Source: Octopus vulgaris | Lineage: Eukaryota | Assembly (NCBI GenBank): GCA_951406725.2 | Contig: OX597833.1 | Span: 22,506,001 to 22,570,000, forward strand | Direction: 5' to 3' | Length of the DNA stretch: 64,000 nucleotides | Shown: one piece after another, positions 25,821 to 39,900 of the stretch | Layout: every line of letters begins with the position of its first letter | Numbering within the stretch: position 1 is the first letter of the stretch | Made by a program: the position numbers and the translations under genes | The notes under the pieces: generated by a model | The model's database searches: none | What the model was told of the DNA's origin: nothing | Seen by the model: the letters and a program-made list of their open reading frames with translations, nothing else

Positions 25821-28491
25821 TTTGAATAAATCTATTACAAAATTTAAAAACATCAACACGGTTTGAGATTCAAGTGCATTTTCAAACGTCAAAACAAATT
25901 CTCCTATATTTTTTCGGATACATACAGATACACGCACTTACATACGTACACAGACATATTTTGTTTTGCCTAGGCACACTTTGTTTTTGTAGGGAAGTAG
26001 GCGCAATGGATTCAGTATAATACTGTGAGTTTTTGATCCTAAACACTTGAGCGGTAATGTCCTCTCTTGTAGGATCTAAATCCAAGAGAATCTAAGAGGT
26101 AACTGACCTACGAAGAAAAGCCTTCACAACGAAAGAGAAAACAAGTGGTGTTAATTTGTATTACTAATCATCAGTTAACGATCGAATGGTGTGAAAGAAC
26201 TTGGGTTCCTACAAACAGAGTTACACAGTAAAATGGTCTCAACTTGCGGATGGTAACTTTTGATTCATAGCGTCCTTATTTCTACTTCATATATCATTGC
26301 TTTACAAAAATTTGAAATTAAACATACATAGACACACATGTATGTATGTATATCTGTATGTTTGTATGTATGTATGTATGTATGTATGTATGTATGTATG
26401 TATGTATGTATAGTAAAGAAAACAGAGGACAGCTCAAAATATTGCCATACGTGTATCACATGCGTGGTCATTTATCCAACAATGCTTAACATTACGTGAT
26501 ATTACATGATTTCACATTATTTTGCAACTACACGGTTTCATCAGGCGATAACCAACTTTTTTTGTATTGGCAAGATCAAATAAAAGTGTTGTTGCAATTA
26601 TGCAGTAATGTAAAATTATGTTATATCAAGTACTATTATACATTACTGGATAAATGACTACGCAAGTGAAAAGCGTGGAGCAATATCTTGAGCTGTCCTT
26701 TCTTCTTTCGTTGCTATATTATACATTGTGTAATATGTTACAATTATCTAATTTGCTCCATAAATGGATTTGCAGGATGTTGAGGATCATTATATAACTG
26801 TTTAAGTTAGCAAGGATTGACTGTTCATTTGACAAGTTGATTGATTGGGAATATGTATTCATATGGCAAGGCGGCGAGCTGGCAGAATCTTTAGCATGCC
26901 GGGCAAAATGCTTAGCGGTATTTCGTCCGAGTTCAAATTTCGCAGAGGTCTGTTTCACCTTTCATCCTTTCGGAGTGGATAAAAATAAGTACATCGACTT
27001 ACTCCCTCCCACGAACTTTATGGCCCTGCGTCAAAATTTGAAACCAATTCGTATTCATACGGTGAACCTTGCACATACGCACATACGCACACATATATAT
27101 TTCCGAGTTGTATTTGTTTGGCAAGAGATTTGACCCGAGACTGTGTTGAATATGAAACAATTACAATTTTGGGAGAGTCATATTAACTATTTAAAAAGAG
27201 TCATTAAGCATTCATATCTTATTTTCACTTTTGTTTGTGATAAAGCGTCGAAAAGTAAAACCAAAGGAAATAAATGTAATGGTCTACTGTCAAACGTCAG
27301 TTATTTGAACGAACATTCCCCAGTTTCAAACCACCCTAACTACCTAACAAGATCTTAAGAAGCCGTGAATATTTAATTAGCCATACGAAGAATGCAACTG
27401 GTTCTACTATTATGTTTTCTGTTTACAATGAATTCGAATTTCTGAAGAACATGTGAAAACGTGGAACCAAAGAGGTGTTAAAGGCAGTCGTGTGACGATC
27501 GCGGATCATGTCTTGTGTTTTCACTTGTCAAAAGTATACATATTAAAAGTACCACACGTCGAACGGTGAAGGCGCTTGACCTAGTGGTCAGGCTGTTGCA
27601 CTTACGATCGCTAGATCGTGGGTTCGATTCCCTGAGTGGGCGGCGCATTGTGTTCTTGAGCAAACCACTTCATTTCACACTGCTCCAGCCCCCTCTTTCG
27701 ATCAATGGGGGATATTGGCCTACTCGCCTAGCCAGCGAGGTGGCATCATTTGAAGGCTAAGACAATGCAAGTGTGCATTGTGACCAGCGATCTGCAAGAA
27801 CATCTGATAACCTGATCAGTCATGTGATCACGTAACATGTCGAACGCTCCATAAATTTGATCTTTGTTGGTCACTTTAAACAGTGTGGAAACAATCTTAA
27901 TTCATTAAAATGACTGACAGGTTGAAGGATTTAAAAGCATAGCAAAAATCAATGGTGTATTCATTCACTCTACGTATCTATCACATGCCACTGACTTTGC
28001 TAACATGTCCATGTTCGTGAAATAAAAGTGAACACTTTTGAAATCAATATTATACTGCGTATGGATCGTGATCGCGGTGAAAAGGCATCGATGATTGCGC
28101 AAGACTACAGTATTTTATCGATTGACTGACATAAAAATTCTGTAAATACGTTTTCTTACCTCATTATATTCAATATGGCTATTTTTATTTACGATTTATT
28201 TTGGATTATCATTTAGATATCCAAATGATTATCATTTGGATAGTCATTTTTCTAAATGATTGTGTATTTAACATAACTCTCATCACATTTCTGTGATTTA
28301 ATTATAATATACATACATAAATATACATAAATTACAGGGCTTAGAAAAAGTGAAGGATCACTGCAATGAATGTGTGAATCTCGGAGGGGAATATGTTAAA
28401 TAAAATCATAATTGACTGATCCTCCAGTATTTTCTTTTACCCAAAGCCAGGAACTTTTCATCACCCCCTCGTGTGTGTGTGTATATGTATA

Positions 28492-28542
<51 letters not shown>

Positions 28543-28573
28543 CACATAAATATACATAAATATATATACATAT

Positions 28574-28604
<31 letters not shown>

Positions 28605-30259
28605 CATACATACATATATATACATTCATACATACATTTATATATATATATATATATTTATATTTTCATTTAATTGAACGCTACGCATCCATTTCCAAGT
28701 AAGTTTATCTTAATCTTTTTGATATGATTCTACTCTAAACTGTCTTCTCCCCCATCTTTCTCTAATTCCTTTTTCTCCCTTTTATTGTTTTCTATCTGCC
28801 TCTCTCTCTCCCCTTTCTCTTTTTTCTCTTTCGTTGCTCACACGTGATCATCGTCCATCTTTCTTTTCCTGCACGGACGTTCTAAGGACTCGACGTCTTC
28901 TATCTCTCTACCCTATCTATTCTTGTTTCAAAGAAAATATTTCTCTCAGCGTTCACTATTTTCCCCTCGTTCGGGTCTAACGATCCTCCATGTTTGTTTT
29001 CGTTTCGTTTCCTTATATGTTACCACTGTCCTGTTTTGTTCCTAACTTTGACCCGCCATAAATCCCCAAATTTTATTTTGGTATTTAGTGGGGCAACTGT
29101 CTTCGAAGACTTATATTGCCGTTGATTGCCCGAAATGGGAGTAGATAGACCGCCGACAACTGACGAAAGGTCGTTCTTTGTATTCTTAGTAATACTTGTC
29201 CTGTTTTCCATTTTTCTCTCCTTGTTTGCGTATTTAACTCATTTGTTTTCGCATTTCATGTTACTGTTGTGACGTCCTGTAGCTCATATATGCATATATA
29301 TATATTATTTATATTATTATTCATTTGAACGGCACGCATCCATTTCCAAGTAAGTTTATATATATATATATATTCTTTTAAAAGTATTTATATTTTGTTG
29401 ACTTTTGCTGTGAATATCGGTTGGGCATTCACATAACAAACATTTCAATAGATGAGTTTGTCGAGTAATAGTAGGCTTACATAATTATTATTGTTCACCC
29501 CGGCACAACCTTCAAATTATAAATACTATAGTTATAGGTGCGAGTTGGAAGAACTTTATTTAACTAATTTTATTTACAACTTACTACAGTTACTAAAAAT
29601 AACAGCAACTCTTAAATCAGAATTTCATTTGATGTGATATATAAATATAGTGATCAAGAAGGCGGCGAGCTGACAGAATCTTAAGTACACAGAGCAAAAT
29701 GCTTTACGGCATTTCGTCCGTCTTCACGTTCTGGGTTCAAAATCCGCCGAGGTTGACTTCATCTTTTTCCTTTTGGGGTCGATAAAATAAGTACCAATGG
29801 AGCACTAAGGTCGATAGAATCGACTTACTCCCTCCACGTAAGTTGCTGGTCATGTACCCAAATTTGAAACCAATATATGGTGATCAAGGAAAGGAATTTA
29901 CAATTTGCATAATTTTTTTCTTTTGTGAATGCGCGTGGCTAAGTGGTTAAGGTTGTTCTGCTCACGATCGCTAGATCGTGGGTTCGATTCCCGGCCTGGG
30001 CGACGCGTTGTGTTCTTGAGCAAAAAACTTCACTTTATGTTGTTCCAGCCAAGTCAGCTGTTATCGAGTTAGCCTGTGACGGAGTAGCCTTCCGATCAGG
30101 AGGGAATGTTGGCTTGCTTGCTTAACCAGCCGGGTGGCATCATTCGGAATCGCATTGTGACCAGCGGCATATATTGACATCCGATAGTCTGGTCAATATC
30201 GTGATAATTTCTTTTACTGCTTTCTTTGCTCACTCGCATTTCTCACTCGAATGAACTGT

Positions 30260-31720
30260 CATCAGAAAATTCTTATTGATTTTTATTATATTATAAAACT
30301 CAGACAGCTGAGTCCATTACTGAGTTTAAAAATCAACAGACTCTTTAATGTGGACATTAGATCTATTTCTGGAATCCAAATGGTATTCATATTAAGTAAA
30401 ACTCTTTCAGTAGAGGCAGATATTTTTTGTACTCGAAATATATATCCTACAACTTTTTTAGACGAAGCACAGATATGTTTTGATCATTAAAATGGCAGAA
30501 AATTTGTTCCATATTTTTTCACAATCTATTTCTTTTTATTTCCTCGATAAAGCTTGATATAACAAAGCGTTTTACCAAGAATAACCTCATCAAACTGAAA
30601 TTCAAAATTTAACCGCCCCATTTATTTTTTCTTCAGTTACCTTTGTTCTTCAAATAAATACATTATTTCCCCTACTTTCCTTTACATTTCCAAAACCTGT
30701 ATTACAGCTATCACCACAGAAAGCAACAATAATCTTTGATAAGTTATATTTTTTTAAAGTGAACACCACGCAATTTGTCAAAATTTCAGTTATCTTTTCA
30801 GGAATTGACTGGAAATCGAAAAGTCCTACTTTTTCTCCATGTTCTAGGAGAAAAAAAAAACACACACACCAAATAAACCATATCACAATATGGTCAATAT
30901 GGTGTATTTTGTATTATTTTGACATTTTTTCTGTTTGAGGCATCTACTGGAAATGGGTCTCCATTAAGCCATTCTTTAATTCTTTGTCAGTTAAAGAAAC
31001 AACTGCATTCAAAAAGTAGGTTTCTAATCGTTGTGTTGGGTGAGTAGTTAAAATAGGAATTAAAATGAAATAGCCGTTAAAATTAGAACTAAAATAACAT
31101 ATATCTGCGTTAACTTGTTTTATAAGATAATTTTGCAAAAGTTTTTTTTAGTTAATTTAACCAACGATGTTTAGAGACTATAAGTGATATTATTGGTAAT
31201 TCATTAACTTCACTTCAGTAAAACGTTGAGGGTTGAATATGCAACCCTTACTGTCTTATGATAAGATTCCGAACTTCTAATAGTTAGCGAGTTAGAGTTC
31301 CTATTCGTTATAAGAAATAAGAAATAAGATAGGAAAACCACAAACTTATATTAATCATATAGCATTCTGAATCCCAAGAGTAAATTATTTTTAATCGCGG
31401 AACCCAGAGATAAACAAAATGTCTTTATACTGCATTATTTACCTACTTGTGACTTGAGAGTGATATTATGACAGACTTAGATTGAGCTAGGGTATGAATA
31501 TGTTCGTGCGTATCACTGTTAGGACTCTTTACTGATATCAACATTTTCAGTTTTAGTTTTTTTCTTTTTGCAATTTAAGTCTTTAATCTATAACCGGGAC
31601 ATTTCAGAAAATTTCTGGGTAAAACGGGACAAATTTGTCAACCGGACAGAAAACCAGTGTAGATCCTTCAAATGTGGACTAATCCTGCCAAACTGGGATG
31701 GATGATAAGACTGGTTAACA
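30260..31720 (-). mobile_element. hAT transposon remnants
   Basis: AFCGDSCNTGFG...GNNVF (30650-30886) and dimerisation-domain-like SASTERVLLNMNTIW...LKSLL (about 30300-30420); GGGACA subterminal-type repeats near 31590-31715. Confidence 0.6.
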
Positions 31721-31924
31721 GGAATATACGTACACGCTCCCGCAAACAGACGCACATACACATATATAGGCATATTTAAACACACACACACACACACACA
31801 CACACACTTACACACTTGAGCTTTTAAGTCGGGTTATAAATACATACATACATACATACATACATACATACATACATACATACATACATACATACATACA
31901 TACACACACATATACATACATATA

Positions 31925-32475
31925 CAGGTTATTCAAAACGAACGAACCGATTTCATTACGCAATATTTTAATAACGAAAAGCAATAGAAAACTCCAGCTA
32001 AGTCACAAGTATTTACTCACAATCAATTTTTATTTCCTGTCTTACAAGTGTCCGATGTGGCCACCATCTGCAGCACGGGCAACATCAATGTGATAAGAGA
32101 ATTCTTCCCAGACGCGTATCAGCATATCACAATCCACTGAGTTGATCACTGTTGTTATTCAATGTTTAGGGTAATCGATGTTAGTGGGTAGCAGTGGAAC
32201 ATAAACACAATCTTTTACATATCCTCACAAGAAAATAAATCACACAACAGCGATCAACGCAGTGGATTGTGATATACTGATATGCGCCTGGAAGGGATTC
32301 TCTTATCGCACTGATGCTGCCCTTGCAGCAGGTGGTGGTCACATTGAACACTTATAAGACAGGAAATAAAAGTTGATTGCGAGTAAATACTTGTGACTTA
32401 GGTGGAGTTTTCTATTGCATTTCCTTATTAAAATATTGCGTAATGAAATCGGTTCATTCATTTTAAATAACCCTG
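31925..32475. mobile_element. Fold-back MITE built from the 3' end of a Tc1/mariner element
   Basis: About 230-bp inverted arms (31925-32154, 32245-32475), TA flanks, CAGG(G)T termini; minus strand reads GYVKDCVYVP...RVWEEFSY...GGHIGHL*. Confidence 0.9.
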
Positions 32476-32918
32476 TATATATCACTTCTTAATGTTGCCA
32501 ATTTTGTTGAGAGAATCTTGCTCGAGTCTTGCTTCATGAAACCCGAGACCAAAGAAGTGCTAACCATGGTCATTTCGTCTTTCTAAGGTTATCTAGGTTA
32601 TCTAGGTTATCTTGGTCTACCTTATCCAACATGTCCATCCTATTTTAAAACAGTAACAGTGGATTTGACGTAAGGGAAATTTGGCTGTTATTTCTAGTGA
32701 GTCGAGTGGCCACATAGGAATTCCCGCACTGACTAGTTGAATTCAGCGTTGTAAGCTAACGGGAAAAAAATGTCAATATTACCGGAAGCGGTGAGGAATG
32801 GATTCGTATAATTCTCTCTCACGCAGAAATCAATAGGATTTATCACCCGTTGCTGGATAAAGGTGAAAGGTCAAGCAATTGACCCCATTTATCCTCATTC
32901 GTATGTCATTAAATGAAA

Positions 32919-32985
<67 letters not shown>

Positions 32986-33506
32986 TACCCTGATGCAGTA
33001 CCAGGTAGTGGCTCTCATGGCTTTTGATCTTAGTTGATTGGAAGTGTTATTATGTACATTGTTTTGTCTTGGTATAAAAGATGGGCTACAGCAAATATTC
33101 TGCTCAATACCACAGATTTGCTTGTCCGTTGTTTGACCATAATCAGTTGAGCATGTCCCTTAGTGGCTGACGATATGTACATCTTTGATCGCAAGTAGAA
33201 GTAGTGGTGGAGCATTATAGCTATGTGTTTAGAGGAATTTTTTTGGGTTTGAATAATTGAAAAATTCACCTCTGTTTTGTTCATCATCCTTAAACAAACC
33301 TTATTCAGGGACCTTTTGAGCAGGATGGACTACTTAATTCTAACTGGGCCCCACCTGCAAGATCATGCACTGTTTATTTTGATATGTGATCACCATATCG
33401 CACAGATATGGTTGTAATGCATGTGCCTGATGTACCCCTTATGAGGCGAGTAGTCATGATGGGTATATTTGGCTTTGTATATTAGTATTCCAATGCTATC
33501 TCACTC

Positions 33507-33541
<35 letters not shown>

Positions 33542-33575
33542 TGATGATGATGATGATAATGATAATAATAATAAT

Positions 33576-33608
<33 letters not shown>

Positions 33609-33618
33609 AATAATAATG

Positions 33619-33673
<55 letters not shown>

Positions 33674-33707
33674 TGATGATGAAAAAAAAGGCATCGGAGG
33701 AGCAATG

Positions 33708-33891
33708 CATACCCTGCGCGCAGATAAATTTTTTTTCGCGAATTATAGTGTGGCTTACAATGCGTTGCTTACCCATGCTTTTTAATTGAACTGAATTAAT
33801 TATTGTTTTTTAAGTATCAGAATTATAGGTATTCATACTCCTGTGAAATTAAGAAATCAACTCGTAAATAAACAAAACCCTCGAATCTATT

Positions 33892-33987
<96 letters not shown>

Positions 33988-34199
33988 CGCATAGGGGGAC
34001 CATGATCTATACACAGGCAGATCAGGGTCGATTCATATGAAAAAGAAGTGAACAAAATAATATGACCGCTTGCTTATCGGGAAATTCATAAGTTCAATTT
34101 TTAATGATTTTTTTTTAAGTATCACCATCACAGGTCTTTATACTCCGGTGAAATTAAGAAATCAAGTCGCAAATAAACAAAACCCTCGAATCCATCAGT

Positions 34200-34260
<61 letters not shown>

Positions 34261-34299
34261 CACATACACACATGCACATACACACACACACAGAGTCGC

Positions 34300-34330
<31 letters not shown>

Positions 34331-34643
34331 TGTATGTATGTATGTATGTATGTATGTACGCACACGTGTCTACGCGCATAGGTACATGCTCTATACACAC
34401 GATATGATAAAGAAAGTGAATAAAATATGACCACTTGCTTATCGGGAAATTTGTAAGTATGATTTTTTTATTAAATTTTTTTTTGCTTAAGTTAATTAAA
34501 CCAAATGTTCATCATTTCGAGCCATTCACTCAATGAGTATTTCGGCCAAATGTGGTGAAAATCCGTTCAGCCATTTTCCAGTAATTTTGTAAACCAAGAT
34601 GAGTGATTACAATATCCTGCTTTCGCTTACGCGCGCAGGGTAA
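33708..34643 (+). mobile_element. Possible Helentron-associated (HINE/DINE-1-like) non-autonomous element with internal about 305-bp tandem duplication
   Basis: Inverted termini accctgcgcg / cgcgcagggt; 3' stem-loop cctgc...gcagg; two diverged internal units each carrying (CA)n. Confidence 0.5.
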
Positions 34644-35089
34644 TAATAATTCTTCCTGATTTTTGCACAGGACCAGAAATTTTGAGGTGTGAGAAGTCGA
34701 TTACATCATCTTCAGTACTCCACTGGTACTTTATTTTATCGACTCTGAAGGGATGAAAGGCAATGATGATCTTGGCAAGAATGCTATTGCCGCCGCCGCT
34801 ACCACCCACCTCCACCCCCACTACTACTACTACTACTACTACTACAGGCACAAGACTTGTAATTTTGTAGGGAAGAAGTCTAGTCGACTACATCGAATGC
34901 TCAACTGGTACTCAATTTTATTGACCCCGAAAGGATGAAAGGCAAAATGAACCTGCGCGGAATTTGAACTTTGAGCGGAAAGAACCAAAAGAAATACCGT
35001 CAAGCATTTTGTCCAACGCATTAACGATTCTACCAGCTCTCCGCGTAATAATAGTGATAATAATAATAATAATGATAATAATAATAATG

Positions 35090-35130
<41 letters not shown>

Positions 35131-36199
35131 TACAGAAACAACAACAACATATTAAACAAGAGCAATTAAAGGGAGTGGTAATATTAAAGATTTGACTGTG
35201 GCAAACCGGAAGACACTGTTGTTTTCATCTTCCGGTTGGAAGACATGGTTGTCTTCGTCTTCCGGTTGCCAATAAAGTGTCTTCGCTGTAGCTGCTCAAC
35301 TTTTTATAAACAGTTGCAAACTCTTCAAAATACACCCTGCCATCTTTAAAAAAAAGTGTGTGTGTTTGTGTGTGTAGGGGGTATATTGGTTAATGGAGTC
35401 TTAGATGCACAAGGTTTTGTTGCAAAATACTCGAGCAAACTGTTTTCAAGATGGAAGCAGATGTAAGATAAGATAACTCTCATTACAGTAACTATTTTGT
35501 ACGGGTGATATTCTGCAAATACTCGTATAAAATTATAACGTTAGAGAAATACTCTTGTATTAGTGAAAGTGGTGTGTATACAATTTTCCATAATACTGGT
35601 ATTTGTAGAATGTCTCAAGTACAAAGTAATATTCACTCGATTAAGAGTTATCATACTTTGCTTCTATTTCCCTCTGGAAAACAATTTGTTCGGACATTCT
35701 CCAACAGATCCGAGATACAACACTTGGGGAAAAAATGAAACAATCATGGTACAAAGGCCTTTATAATATGTATTCTGGATAAGAATTGATCAAAGGTAAA
35801 CAACATTAACTAGAAAAATACAGAAACCTTCAACTTTGGAAGATATGTTAGAGAATTATGTATATGTTATTGTGATGTTCATACCTCTCTCAATGTGTTT
35901 AGCAGTATGAGTAAGGTTTACTCATGTCATTCATCTTGATTCATTCACTACTGAAGTACTTATTAAAATGTTACGCGTTTCTAGTTTTGCTAAAATGGTA
36001 TTATTTTTATATTTTTTGCAGTTTATAACTTTGTTCATTACGCAGAAGAGCTCGGAACTGTGTTGTTTAGTAGGTCATCAATTGTGATAGTATTGAAGGA
36101 TGTAAGATTTACACAGAAAGTAGGGAAGAAGAGAGATAAGAAAGAAAAAGAGAAGAAAAAAGAAAAAAGTGGGGAGGGACATAGCAGCGGAAGACAGAG

Positions 36200-36605
36200 G
36201 AGGAGGGGCGATGTGCCACTTTTCCCAGAACAAATGGCGTGCTCAATCGCGCCTTGCGTTGCCGCGGAGACGGCTAGCGACACTTGCTGCAATAGCCACT
36301 CTACCTCGCGGGGCTCATTTCTCCTACAAGCTTCCGTTATCTCTATTTTGTGGATGAAATCGGCAATGAGGGGTCTTATAACACCTGACGTCTTGACGGC
36401 GACCGGCTCAAACTGACAGTGGCTGACTAGGCTCCTGTATTTATTGATTTTCCTCTCCTCCGCATTACCGGCGGCGACATCAGGATTTGCGACAGATGCT
36501 GCGAGGTTGGAGCCAGAGAACGTGTCGCTCCACTTCGTGCCCCTGACTAGAGATCTACCTTATCGAATGGTAAAAGGGTTATCCCGTCGGGGCGCTTACC
36601 GCCTC
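36200..36605 (-). mobile_element. CRE-clade non-LTR retrotransposon restriction-like endonuclease fragment
   Basis: GKRPDGITLLPF / GRSLV...SDTF...AAGNAEERKINKYRSL...FEPVAVKTSG...EVEWLLQQVSLAV / RGNA, read manually across two frameshifts; GC-rich island. Confidence 0.8.
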
Positions 36606-36865
36606 ATGGTCAAGAAGTGCAACTGAAGGCAGAACCGGTAGAACTCGGGACAAAAATGTTTCTCTGTATTTAATCCCGCATCGCACCGTTTAACTTTGTC
36701 GGTGGAAGACCTTCCAGAGTTGCTATCATGTAGCCGTTAAAAAATGGGTTAATTTCATCAACTGCCGCCCCAACGATTTGTGTACTTCTACTATAGCCTT
36801 GGGTCAACTAATGCTTTCTGAGTAAATTTGGTAAACGAAACTGTGTGAAAGTCCATCATGTATAT

Positions 36866-36973
<108 letters not shown>

Positions 36974-37080
36974 ACACACCTGTAAACTAATGAAGTTCAT
37001 TATATAATTTATTGTCCCTTTGTCATTTATTTAGTTTATTTTTAATTACACTTTGCAGTCGACCAGCGCTTCTTTCTGAA

Positions 37081-37146
<66 letters not shown>

Positions 37147-37147
37147 T

Positions 37148-37240
<93 letters not shown>

Positions 37241-37439
37241 TCGTTTATTTATATGCCTGCAAACATGTAAGTATCCATATGTATGTTCTTTCGCTCAAAT
37301 AATACTAGAATAATATAAATTTTAGGGGCAGCTAACAAGATTTCTTAATATATAAATGACACCTACTCAGAAAAGACCAAATACATCCTTTTACCCTAAA
37401 AAAAAATAACAAGACAAATCACGATTCATCTACTCTTGG

Positions 37440-37780
37440 AATGTGTCCTCTCTATTTCAATCTTCAGACGAAACTAGAAGTTCCATTTTCTGATCCAAAT
37501 CACATTCGCCACCTCCAAACGTCTTTCATACAATTTGCTGGAGAGCAGCACTTCTCTTTCTACCCTCATCTCCAACTTCAAGTGGTATTCGAAGAAGTTA
37601 ATGAGGGTTTTATCAGAGAGAAACAGCTCGGACTTCAGCCCTTTCAATCTTGTCCACAATACTACACCTTCCCCGATATCCATCGGGCTGAGGAAAATTA
37701 CCTGCCTTTCCTTACCTAGGAAGGCGGCGGGACGATCTTCAGAATAGTCTCGCACGAAAGCTGGATTCATCCTACACACG
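37440..37780 (-). mobile_element. Diverged 3' fragment of a Tx1/L1-like element
   Basis: WTRLKGL...FLS...LINFFEYHLK...VEREV matches the C-terminus of the 59881-60618 ORF. Confidence 0.8.
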
Positions 37781-38679
37781 ATAATAACAAAAAAATAAAA
37801 TCATAATAATAACAACAATTTATACATAAATTATAAACAATGGTGCAACTTTTGAGCCAGTCTATATATAATATAAAAAATTAAACTCACCAAATTTCAC
37901 TTTGCATATCGGAATAAAAAGAATTTAAATAAATTATATATATCAAAGCCTCCACCCGCCAAAAGCAATAATTGAAGCTCGTTTATTTCATGCAAGCATG
38001 ATATATCTACTCAAATTGCGAATGTTTCCCATTTTCTGCGCGATATATATTTTTTTAATAAAAAGATATTCACTGATAAGCGTTTTGCTCCACTGACTCC
38101 ATTAGGGAGAAAAGAAAAGAAAGCAGGAAATTGGAATTTGAAGCATTCATGCCTTAATCAATATATATGTAGTAACGTGGTTACTACAGGTACCCGATCA
38201 AAACGAAAATGATAATAGTTGCAGTTGCATTAGTTGTAGAAAGTATTATTATTATTATTATTATTAATATTATTATTAGTTGCAGTAATGGTAGTCAGCA
38301 GTAGCTGTAGTATTAGTAGTGGCAGCAGCAATCAGTATATTTATGGTATAATATATTTCACGTTCCATGCATAGATATTTTAAGTAGATTCTGAAACAAA
38401 ACAAGTGTATATTGCACGATCGTCACAAATTGAATGTTCCACAACGCCGTTGAAACAGACTACGTTGTTGACTCATTCATTAATTCAGAGTGTTCAAAAT
38501 GGAGAGCTGAGTCCACGATCTTTGCCGACACTTCATGACGCGTGAGATCAATACGTCTTGTGCTTTGAGGTGAGGATTTGTAATTGGGTTGGTACAGATA
38601 AAACGTGGGTAGAGAGAGAATTCCCAATGGCTGGGAAAAGATTGTGCTAAGTGGTAAGGTGGTTAGTGTGTGTTAGTGT

Positions 38680-38739
<60 letters not shown>

Positions 38740-39429
38740 CATACACACACACACGCACACGCATATATATATATTTATATATATATATGGTATAAAATAT
38801 TATATATATATATCTATATAACTATCTATATATAAATATATATTACATATGTGTGTATACATGTATGTATGGGTGCATGTATGTATATTTGTATCTATTT
38901 GTGAAAACAGGGAATAGCTTATAGTAATAGTAAGACTATGTTTGAATTTAATCAGATTCATATTTTTTTATTGGTAATTTGCTTTACACCTGAACAGAAT
39001 GCATACATGCATACATACATACATACATACATACATACATACATACATACATACATACATACATACATACACACATACATACATCTACTTTTGGCACGGT
39101 TACGACGATAATTGTTCCAGTTGATCCGATCAGCGGAACAGCCTGCTCGTGAAATTAACGTGCAAGTAGTGGAGCACTCCACAGACGCGCCTACCCTTAA
39201 CGTAGTTCTCCGGGAGATTCAGCGTGACACAGAATATGGGCATTTAGCACGGATGATATTTCGTGGTTTTAAACTAGTTTCAATCGCTATATCAGCTTCC
39301 TTTCTGAGCGTTGTGAACAGTGAGTACTCACGCTTTTGTGGTTATTTAAAAAGGGTTTAACTTGTTTTTCGCTGAGTCTGATTTAAATGGATAATCATAC
39401 CAAATATTTTTGTGATTTGCGTCTCAGGG

Positions 39430-39900
39430 GCGTTTAAAGTACCTGGCTTTATAATTAGCCTGATGTGGAGGAAGGAGCATCGCCCATGATCTTCGTAGGC
39501 CTTCTGAAATAGGTATGACCGATGCCGTTAGTATTCTGCTTAAACTGTTATAAATCGATGAATACGAAAAAGACAATGTACAAGGAAATGAATTCCAAAG
39601 GGAAGCAGTTCTGATGATGACGGACTGTGTATCGTAGTTAGTGCGGTTTTTGAGTATTGGATATAACAGGGGTGATGAAAGGAAGTGAGAGTGTGAGTCG
39701 AGAGTGTGAATGGAAGTAGCTTTGAGGTTCAAAGGCAGTGAGAGGATACGGTACATCAGTTAGAATTTCAAAATATTCGTAGAAAAAGATAGAGTTCATC
39801 TGTTGAGTGAAGATATTGTGCGTATAAAGGGAAGATAGTCCCATGACGCTCACAAGAATGCGTCAAGCGGAGTTTAATGATACAGTCACACGTATTGGAT
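39430..39900 (-). mobile_element. LINE 3'-end remnant (CR1/Jockey group)
   Basis: RTNYDTQSVIIRTASLWNSFP C-terminal RTxxLWNSLP-type motif. Confidence 0.5.

Noticed and set aside
36060-36416. Plus-strand 118-aa ORF / CpG-rich promoter candidate
   Set aside because: Explained as the antisense of the CRE endonuclease fragment plus a purine tract
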